Shown here in pieces: positions 57,601-64,000 of a stretch of 64,000 bases of DNA. Source of the DNA: Flavobacteriaceae bacterium (GTDB lineage: Bacteria; Bacteroidota; Bacteroidia; Flavobacteriales; Flavobacteriaceae); the NCBI GenBank assembly GCA_013373385.1, contig JABXHX010000021.1, positions 9,499 through 73,498 on the forward strand, given 5' to 3'. Each line of letters begins with the position of its first letter. The first letter of the stretch is position 1. A model generated the notes under the pieces. That model saw only the letters and a list, made by a program, of their open reading frames with translations. It ran no database searches and was not told the DNA's origin. The position numbers and the translations under genes were made by a program.

Positions 57601-57820
57601 ACGAACTGCGTTAGAAGCAATGAGAGTTAATTTGTTAACATCTGCTCCAAACGCAAAAGTAACTTATTACACTTACGACCCTTTAATTGGGATTACTAGC
57701 ATCACAGACAATAGAGGTAAAACGATTTATTATAATTATGACTCATTTGGGAGGCTAGAATATGTAAGAGATCATAACAATAAAGTTTTAAAGAAAAACG
57801 AATATAACTACAAAAACTAA
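54620..57820 (+). CDS. YD/RHS-repeat partner protein of a Bacteroidota RHS toxin
   Basis: Signal peptide MKKLLVSLSAML, SPNTSSLGKYGDIPISYYNG, GQNWSLNAGG, LEPDIFVFNF; ends YTYDPLIGITSITD..YDSFGRL. Confidence 0.85.
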   Translation: MKKLLVSLSAMLFCAVGLSAQIVNPPTDIKSPNTSSLGKYGDIPISYYNGTTNVNVPLYSINEGGIPLNIYLNYDSSGIRVNSVASWVGQNWSLNAGGIITRTIRGANDTRNYDFTYNTGQTVTYKGFKHTGHRLNTSNWSSTSNLENLINESNTWHTTNPYRDMDLEPDIFVFNFMGISGKFFLGNDGKWKVQSKFKLKISTIERAIPDFKSVNPSSPSGNDIGEIIIEDYYGNKYYFGKTNDHIEYSAAFKPRMYIGALGQPYYQYDITDRTKPNAWYLSSVTNNKNEIVYTFNYERGNKLAQLYRDNSFLFGSCFSEGDPPSSPYNVVVNKTQEDIYNGTLIFPVYLKEIITSSGNQVSFSSSELNENPYSPTEYPLKHRYGNNSYVLSGWLAGSDAAFNSLFSFFTPYSNPSIITDINAIKQRRIEHLINQLKWRKLDNITIKNYNNKHIKSLDLNFTLTSNRRLNLTSIDEIGINNELINLYSFDYNQFDQLPNYLSKKIDKWGFYNGNDFILTELTDTDLSNGIYHNISFTQHGTSRIANENYAKIGMLNKIIYPTKGYTLFEYESNRATKKVNNNKVLEAYDPNNIIGGVRIKKIEKISNFSANIITSFEYSDGILMYEPDSEASVFTAGNSYGASYIFNINNIIPLSNINGSHIGYSKVIERYADNSSTEYKYSDYNLFPDIAYEGTLSTSQSIFNKGTDKSLLRGHLIEILKKDKNGILKEKKTKEYLNVNTAPHVNKYVKAFEYKKPSICSVNGKNFGNAYKLFYMDYDVIKNSTIVYLKNGKNLNTEVNYLYNNDFLVSEISSIKSNGKTEKTTIKYVNDFINPSISSIYKSMAEKNIINFPIEKIKEINNKVIFSEINTFKNITANNLPTYVPEKFKKLEIMNPVDNYNNGFVNNAGYLILDTRIKDKIIYDQYDSKGNIKEFHIPNGNYTTIIWGYKKTHPIAKIENITYSNIQSYVSNLESLSDNDNDRTYGSVGAEGNLRTALEAMRVNLLTSAPNAKVTYYTYDPLIGITSITDNRGKTIYYNYDSFGRLEYVRDHNNKVLKKNEYNYKN

Positions 57821-57825
57821 CAGCT

Positions 57826-60800
57826 ATGAAAAAGTATTTATTAACTCCAATTATTACATGTTTGATTGTATCGTTTTCGCTACAACAAATATTTGCTCAA
57901 AAAGTTGAAGGTGAAATTGGTGGTGGTACCGTTACTATATTAGGCTCTACTACAGCTTATCAAAATGACACTAAAACTTATACCGCAACTCCTTCTTCTG
58001 GACTTACCATTTACAATGCATTTTGGTCTGCTACAGGAGGAATAATCCAAAGTCAAACTACTACAAGTGTAACTATTAAATGGAATACTACTGGTATATA
58101 TCAACTTGATTATGAAGCTACTCACACAAATATGGGGTATGTAAATGCAAATCTATCAGTAACAGTTTCTGAATCAGCAGTTCCCCCTACACCAAATACA
58201 CCAAGTATTAATAGTCAGGATTGTTCAAGTGCTAACTTATGGGCATCAGGTAGTCCCCCATCTGGGGTAACTTGGTATTGGCAAGGAACCAACAGTGTAG
58301 GAACTAATGACAATAGTAGTAATAATGCCATTTATCCTTTCGTAGCAACCACATCTGGGGTGTATTACTTAAGAGCAAAAAACATCTCTAGTGGAGCTTG
58401 GAGTTCAACATCTGCTTCCATAACTGTTTCTCTAGGGACTATTGGGGGAACTATTTGGTATCAAGATTTAGATGGAGATGGATTGGGCGATCCTGATCTT
58501 AACAATTCTATTGTTAGTTGTTCAAAACCAAATGGTTATGTTGCAAACAATAATGATCAATGTGTAGGACAAAATGGGGGTGGAACACCCAATGGATGCC
58601 CTTTTACTGGTTCTTTAAGTAATGACAACTATATATATACAATTTTTCCACAAATTGAGTCTACCAATACTTCTTCATTAATTCAAGATAGCCATGCGAT
58701 AAGAAACGTTACTTATTTTGATGGACTAGGAAGACCTAAACAAAGTATAGCTATTAAACAAAGTGTAACTAGTAAAGATATCGTTACTCATTATGAATAC
58801 AATAATTTAGGGCAACAAATAAAAGAGTACCTCCCATACCCATCATCTACTAGTGGAGGTTATTTCAAAACTGATGCTTTAACTTCAATTAATACATACT
58901 ATAAGACAAACTTTCCTGAAGATATAAATATTTCAAATCCAAACCCTTATTCAGAAAAAGACTTTGATGACTCTCCTTTAAATAGAATTATTAAACAATC
59001 TTACCCTGGATATGACTGGAGATTAGGAAGTGGGCATGAAGTCAAATTCGATTATGATACTAATACTAACTCAGAAGTTCGTTTATATACTGTTTCTTTA
59101 GATTCTAATGGAAACCCAACATTAGTGTTAAACACTAATATAAATAATGGGTATTATGAGGAAGGTAAGCTTATTAAAAATATCACCTTTAATGAAAATC
59201 ATAATGGAAATACAAAAGATAATAGTGTTGAGGAGTATAAAAATAAACAAGGCAAAATAGTTTTAAAAAGATTATATGAAAATAATATAGCACACGATAC
59301 CTACTATGTCTATGATGATTTTGGGAACTTGACATTTGTTATACCTCCTAAAGCAAATGAAACTACAATTGACAACAACGTGTTAAACCAATTATGTTAT
59401 CAATATAAATACGATTCCAAGAAAAAAATAGTTGAAAAGAAAATCCCCGGAAAAGGTTGGGAATATATTATTTATGATGAGCTTGGGCGTATTGTTGCTA
59501 CACAAGATAAAAATCAGAGAGAAATTAATCAATGGACGTTTACAAAATATGATGAATTGGGACAAATAGCTTATACTGGTTTGTATACTAATTCAAGTAA
59601 CCGTGAAACTATGCAGTCAGGTGTATATGCTTATGCCAATTACGAAACAAGAACAACTACCCCTACAACTATGCAAGATGGCTCCTTAGTTCATTATACT
59701 AAAAATGCTTTTCCAAATTCAGGAAATCAAACAATTTTAACTGTAAAATACTACGATAATTACAACTTCGATTTAGCAGGATCGGTTATACCGACATCTA
59801 TTCCGTCCGTATATGGAACTACAGTTACAAACAATGCAAAAGGGTTAATCACTGGAACAAAAACAAAAGTATTAGGAACCAATGATTGGATTACTACTAT
59901 TACGTATTATGACGATAAAGCGAGGCCAATTTATGTATATTCATATAACGCTTATTTAAAAACAACAGATATAGAATTAAAGAAACTAGATTTTGTTGGA
60001 AAAGTAATCGAAACTACTAATTTACATACTAATACAAATAGCAATTTACCTACTTTATCTTTATATAACAAGTTCGATTATGATCATACTGGTCGAGTAA
60101 AAAAACAAACTCAATGGGGAACAAATATCTCTGGGACTGAAGTTATCTTTGAAAGATCATATAATGAACTGGGAAAACTATTAACAAAAAAAGTTGGTGG
60201 AAAAACCACTCAATCTAGATTACAAGAAGTTAACTATAAATTTAATATTAGAGGTTGGCTAAAAAGTATTAATCAAGATGCAAAAAATGATTTATTTAGT
60301 TTTGACCTAAATTATAATACTCTAACCCCTTCTTCTGGAACAGCTTTATATAATGGAAATATATCACAAATCAATTGGAATTCATTAAGCCTAGACACCA
60401 GTACCAAAACTTATACTTTTTACTATGATGCACTCAATCGAATTAAATCTGCAATTGACAACACTGGAGAGTATAATTTAGGCTCACTGGTTAATCCAAT
60501 TACATATGACAAGAATGGAAATATACTGACTTTAAAAAGAAGAGGAGCAATAGTTCCAAACCCTACAAAAGGTACAAGTTCTCATTTTGGCTTAATGGAT
60601 GATTTAACATATACTTATGATAATGAAAATAAACTTTTAAAAGTAATAGACAATGGAAATAGCATCTTTGGATTTAACGATGGTGTAAATACTTCTACCG
60701 AGTATACTTATGATAGTAATGGAAATATGATTACTGACTCTAACAAAGGTATTACTAACATTACGTATAATCATTTAAATTTACCAACATCAGTTACTTT

Positions 60801-62601
60801 TAATCCTCCAGCAGGACTTTATGGAGGTACTAGAAAGATTTCGTATATATACGATGCAAATGGCACAAAACTAGAAAAGAAAGTGACCAACATTATCATT
60901 ACTGGAGCAGGGCCAACAGGCTCAACAAACTCTACATACTATGCAGGAAATTTTGTTTATAAAAAAATAGTTGATGAACAACCTATTCTTGGAGGAGGAC
61001 AAACCACTTTACAATTTTTTAACCAGCCAGAAGGTTATGTGAAAAATAATAATGGGGTATTTTCTTACGTATATCAGTTTAAAGATCAGGTTGGAAATAT
61101 TAGATTAAGCTATTCCGATTCAGATCAAGATGGTATGATATCTGAAGCTATTTTTGCAGATAGTTTTGAAAGCTCTAGTGGATGGAGTAGTCAAGGGTCA
61201 CTATATGGCTCATCAATTGATGGGTATGACACTTCTAAAAAGCATTCAGGAATTTATTCTGGGAAAATTGTTAAAAGTACTTCTGGAGAAAAATATGTCC
61301 ATAGCAATACTTGGATACCTATAAATAATGGACAAGCCACAAATTATACTTTTTCAGGGTGGGTTTATACCGATAATCCTTCTGTAGATCTCTTCTTATT
61401 TATGAAAAAGGATGGTGAAACTTCTTATTTTACAAATGTTGAAAGTGTTAGAAATTATACCAAAAACCAATGGGTTTATATTGAAAAAACAGTATCTGTT
61501 CCTTCAAATATTAGAACATTAAATATTCGGATTGATAACAATGGAGGAGGAACTGTTTGGTTTGATGACATAAGGATTAGAAAAGAAGGAACTGAAATTA
61601 TAGAAGAGTCTAATTACTATCCCTTTGGTTTAAAACATAAAGGGTATAATAATGTGGTTTCTTCTAATGGAAACTCAACGGCACAAAAAAGAGGTTTCCA
61701 AGACCAAATGTTAGATGATGAATTAGGGTTAAATTGGAATACATTTAAATATAGAAATTATGACCCTTCTTTAGCTCGTTTTCATAATATAGATCCTTTA
61801 GCTGAAGATTATAATTATCAATCTCCATATAATTTTTCTGAAAATAGACTTATAGATGGAGTAGAGCTTGAAGGTCTAGAATGGGAAAGTATAAAAAAAT
61901 TCTTTAGACAAGTTCATTCGGGATGGGATAAGTTAATTGGTGAGCCTATGCGTTATTCCAGAAGGAAAGAAGCTGAACGAATAGCTGTTTATGGGACTCC
62001 TAATAGAAAACCTATAGGAAGAAATATAACTGGAAACTATTTTGGTGACGCACTGTTTCGATTAATGGGTGGCGATACATATAGAAGAGCCTATAGCGGA
62101 AACCAAAGAGCTAGGGGGCAGCTATTAATGAATGCTCCTCTTCTATTTTTACCTTCTGGAAGAACAGCAGTTACTTCTAGATCTGCAAATTCTTCCCTAT
62201 TTAATCGATCGATTTTCCAAAAAGGAGCTTCCAGTTCTCTACCTGATGGAAGCTTTTATTCTGTAGCATTTAGAACAAAATTATCACCAAAGTCTTACCC
62301 AGGAGTTTCAAGATATATGCATTTTAAGGAATCAAATTACTTATTAAATAATGCTATATTAGCCGATAAAAGTTTCGCAAAATCTATGTCTCAACTTGGA
62401 GTAGAAATCCCACTATTGCCTTCTGGGTCATTTAATGGTATTTCACCTAGAGGCTGGGTGTGGCATCATAATATAGAAACTGGAATAATGGAACTTGTTC
62501 CAAAGTCTCAACATCCAAATGTTCCTGGCGGAATATTTTGGGAGACAATGCATCCAAATAGAATTGGTGGTTATTCAATTTGGGGCAAGTCGCCAAAATA
62601 A
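57826..62601 (+). CDS. DUF6443/RHS-repeat polymorphic toxin with a C-terminal WHH-type HNH nuclease
   Basis: Signal peptide, Ig-like domains, DLDGDGLGD Ca-binding loop, YFDGLGRPKQ (DUF6443), YD repeats, core NYYPFGL..YRNYDPSLARF..DPLAE..ELEGL, tip GWVWHH..MELVP..QH..HPNRIGGYSIWG. Confidence 0.93.
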   Translation: MKKYLLTPIITCLIVSFSLQQIFAQKVEGEIGGGTVTILGSTTAYQNDTKTYTATPSSGLTIYNAFWSATGGIIQSQTTTSVTIKWNTTGIYQLDYEATHTNMGYVNANLSVTVSESAVPPTPNTPSINSQDCSSANLWASGSPPSGVTWYWQGTNSVGTNDNSSNNAIYPFVATTSGVYYLRAKNISSGAWSSTSASITVSLGTIGGTIWYQDLDGDGLGDPDLNNSIVSCSKPNGYVANNNDQCVGQNGGGTPNGCPFTGSLSNDNYIYTIFPQIESTNTSSLIQDSHAIRNVTYFDGLGRPKQSIAIKQSVTSKDIVTHYEYNNLGQQIKEYLPYPSSTSGGYFKTDALTSINTYYKTNFPEDINISNPNPYSEKDFDDSPLNRIIKQSYPGYDWRLGSGHEVKFDYDTNTNSEVRLYTVSLDSNGNPTLVLNTNINNGYYEEGKLIKNITFNENHNGNTKDNSVEEYKNKQGKIVLKRLYENNIAHDTYYVYDDFGNLTFVIPPKANETTIDNNVLNQLCYQYKYDSKKKIVEKKIPGKGWEYIIYDELGRIVATQDKNQREINQWTFTKYDELGQIAYTGLYTNSSNRETMQSGVYAYANYETRTTTPTTMQDGSLVHYTKNAFPNSGNQTILTVKYYDNYNFDLAGSVIPTSIPSVYGTTVTNNAKGLITGTKTKVLGTNDWITTITYYDDKARPIYVYSYNAYLKTTDIELKKLDFVGKVIETTNLHTNTNSNLPTLSLYNKFDYDHTGRVKKQTQWGTNISGTEVIFERSYNELGKLLTKKVGGKTTQSRLQEVNYKFNIRGWLKSINQDAKNDLFSFDLNYNTLTPSSGTALYNGNISQINWNSLSLDTSTKTYTFYYDALNRIKSAIDNTGEYNLGSLVNPITYDKNGNILTLKRRGAIVPNPTKGTSSHFGLMDDLTYTYDNENKLLKVIDNGNSIFGFNDGVNTSTEYTYDSNGNMITDSNKGITNITYNHLNLPTSVTFNPPAGLYGGTRKISYIYDANGTKLEKKVTNIIITGAGPTGSTNSTYYAGNFVYKKIVDEQPILGGGQTTLQFFNQPEGYVKNNNGVFSYVYQFKDQVGNIRLSYSDSDQDGMISEAIFADSFESSSGWSSQGSLYGSSIDGYDTSKKHSGIYSGKIVKSTSGEKYVHSNTWIPINNGQATNYTFSGWVYTDNPSVDLFLFMKKDGETSYFTNVESVRNYTKNQWVYIEKTVSVPSNIRTLNIRIDNNGGGTVWFDDIRIRKEGTEIIEESNYYPFGLKHKGYNNVVSSNGNSTAQKRGFQDQMLDDELGLNWNTFKYRNYDPSLARFHNIDPLAEDYNYQSPYNFSENRLIDGVELEGLEWESIKKFFRQVHSGWDKLIGEPMRYSRRKEAERIAVYGTPNRKPIGRNITGNYFGDALFRLMGGDTYRRAYSGNQRARGQLLMNAPLLFLPSGRTAVTSRSANSSLFNRSIFQKGASSSLPDGSFYSVAFRTKLSPKSYPGVSRYMHFKESNYLLNNAILADKSFAKSMSQLGVEIPLLPSGSFNGISPRGWVWHHNIETGIMELVPKSQHPNVPGGIFWETMHPNRIGGYSIWGKSPK

Positions 62602-62619
62602 AATTTAAATAAATTTAAA

Positions 62620-62940
62620 ATGAGTCTTATAGAATTAGTTGATTTATTTTTGAATGGGAAAAACTTTGAAAGTTTTTGTTCTTCTCAATCATTAAATATA
62701 AACTCAGAGGTAATAGAAGTTTATATGAAAAAACCTTTTTCAATAACATCTGAATTAAAGTTTTTTGAAATAGAAATGACTGAAGGAGCAATTGAATATG
62801 ATTATAATGGGCAACTATATTATAATTTGTTTGATTTCTATTACTTTCAAGAAACAATAGAAGAGTTTAAAAACAGCAATGATTTAGATGCCATTAATAT
62901 TGCTAAAATTTTAATTTCTTACTCTATAAATGATGCTTAA
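62620..62940 (+). CDS. Putative cognate immunity protein
   Basis: 106-aa acidic ORF 18 nt after the toxin stop, same strand. Confidence 0.7.
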   Translation: MSLIELVDLFLNGKNFESFCSSQSLNINSEVIEVYMKKPFSITSELKFFEIEMTEGAIEYDYNGQLYYNLFDFYYFQETIEEFKNSNDLDAINIAKILISYSINDA

Positions 62941-62952
62941 ATTGATTATAAT

Positions 62953-62985
62953 AAAAAAGAGAAGCAAATAACACTTCTCTTTTTT
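62953..62985. terminator. Bidirectional intrinsic terminator
   Basis: AAAAAAGAGAAG-CAAATAACA-CTTCTCTTTTTT between convergent genes. Confidence 0.75.
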
Positions 62986-62987
62986 AT

Positions 62988-63368
62988 TTATTCCCTTAGA
63001 TAGGAATTAAGAATATTTTTTTTTGCAATTTCTATTTCTTCTTCATTTTCCCACACATCAATCTTACTTCCTTCTTGATAATAATTTTCAATAAAAAAAG
63101 AAGCAAATTCAGAGGGAGAGAATTTAATTTCTTTTTCAAAGGCTATTTTAGAATTCTTCAACCATAAATCTTGAATTGCAATCTCTATTGTATCAGATAG
63201 CTTTAAAGAGCTCTTTATAATTTCTTTCCACCCCTCTTCTTCACTTTGAAAAACTTTTTTCAAATTCATTGATTGAATTAGCATTAGCTGTTCATTAGGT
63301 AATTCATTAATTGTATCTAATACAAAACATAAAAACAGCTTATACATCGGATCATTAGTATTCATCAT
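62988..63368 (-). CDS. Hypothetical protein, possible orphan immunity protein
   Basis: 126-aa acidic helical ORF next to the toxin/immunity pair. Confidence 0.65.
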   Translation of the reverse strand: MMNTNDPMYKLFLCFVLDTINELPNEQLMLIQSMNLKKVFQSEEEGWKEIIKSSLKLSDTIEIAIQDLWLKNSKIAFEKEIKFSPSEFASFFIENYYQEGSKIDVWENEEEIEIAKKNILNSYLRE

Positions 63369-63605
63369 ATTTTGCCAAAAAATTTTAATAAAACCATAAA
63401 TATATTATTTTTAAACGACAAAAGTTAGACAGGTAATAAATAATGTCTTCATGTTAAAAAATAAGCTTTTATGCTAATTGAAAAATATTTTTGACTTTTG
63501 TTATGATAATATAGGAGAGATTGATATTTTTTCTTTAAAAGACTTAGACAAAGATTTAATTTTGAAAGGTAAAAATAACTCTACACCTTTTTATAAAAAG
63601 AAATA

Positions 63606-63926
63606 ATGGAAGAATCACAAGAGTATCATATTAGAAGAACATTGTTTAACAATCAAGGTATACGCTTATTTTTTGACTTGGATCTTGATTGGGAAACATT
63701 CTTATCTAGTTTAAGTCCAAACTTGGAAGCTATCATTGATGATGATTATAATTTTCAATATTCCTCGATTGGAAAAATAGGTATATCACTAGAAAATACA
63801 TTTATTCATGTATGGTTTGAAAATGGTAAATTTTCTAATAATGATGCTCTTAAAATTATTAAAGAGTTTCATAACACTCTCATTAATAAGTATGACTCAA
63901 ATATTGAATATTATCAGTCTCAATAA
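63606..63926 (+). CDS. Hypothetical protein, possible orphan immunity protein
   Basis: 106-aa acidic ORF whose ATG overlaps the TAA of a short upstream broken frame. Confidence 0.6.
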   Translation: MEESQEYHIRRTLFNNQGIRLFFDLDLDWETFLSSLSPNLEAIIDDDYNFQYSSIGKIGISLENTFIHVWFENGKFSNNDALKIIKEFHNTLINKYDSNIEYYQSQ

Positions 63927-64000
63927 AAATTATATTTCACATTAAATAATCATGTGGCATAGTTCTTAAAAAAATGTCCGCCTTTTTGTTGCAAGTCCAG

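Larger units (their letters stand above)
30003..64000. mobile_element. Serine-recombinase integrative element / genomic island inserted in comM; right end outside the window
   Basis: comM truncation adjacent to a serine integrase; second integrase, VirD4-like ATPases, Rep-O-like gene, orphan methylase, RadC, defence and toxin cargo. The 3' half of comM was not seen. Confidence 0.85.

Noticed and set aside
1-64000. CRISPR arrays, rRNA/tRNA genes and IS transposases
   Set aside because: No regularly spaced repeats, RNA-gene signatures or DDE transposase ORFs were recognised by eye; a covariance-model scan would be needed to exclude small RNAs.

Overview
AT-rich Flavobacteriaceae (Tenacibaculum/Polaribacter-like) DNA in two parts. 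Bases 1-30,000 are host chromosome: the 3' part of lpdA, a GlcNAc/chito-oligosaccharide utilisation locus (DUF5009, SSS transporter, LytS/LytTR pair, SusC/SusD, NagB, GH20), then pabB-like, a serine hydrolase, tilS, TlpA, DsbD, an S10 peptidase and an outer-membrane barrel. At about 30,003 comM (Mg-chelatase-like) is cut off right after its PHHTI motif by an integrated element that runs past the end of the window. The element has two large serine recombinases, two VirD4/TraD-like ATPases (one fused to a PD-(D/E)XK-like domain), a Rep-O-like protein, an orphan adenine methylase, RadC and XRE regulators, with no recognisable relaxase or mating-pair genes. Its cargo is the most interesting part: (1) a tightly packed gasdermin-like / TIR / TIR / caspase-like operon, i.e. 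a type IV Thoeris-like TIR-caspase module joined to a predicted pore-forming gasdermin; (2) a cupin / divergent viperin-like radical SAM / tandem Lrp / NDT-like / DUF4062 operon; (3) a TPR sensor kinase and response regulator preceded by an unannotated 53-aa acidic peptide; (4) a two-gene RHS toxin system with a CBM-like domain inserted in the RHS core, a WHH-type HNH nuclease tip and immunity-like genes. All family calls come from motif recognition by eye; no database search was run.
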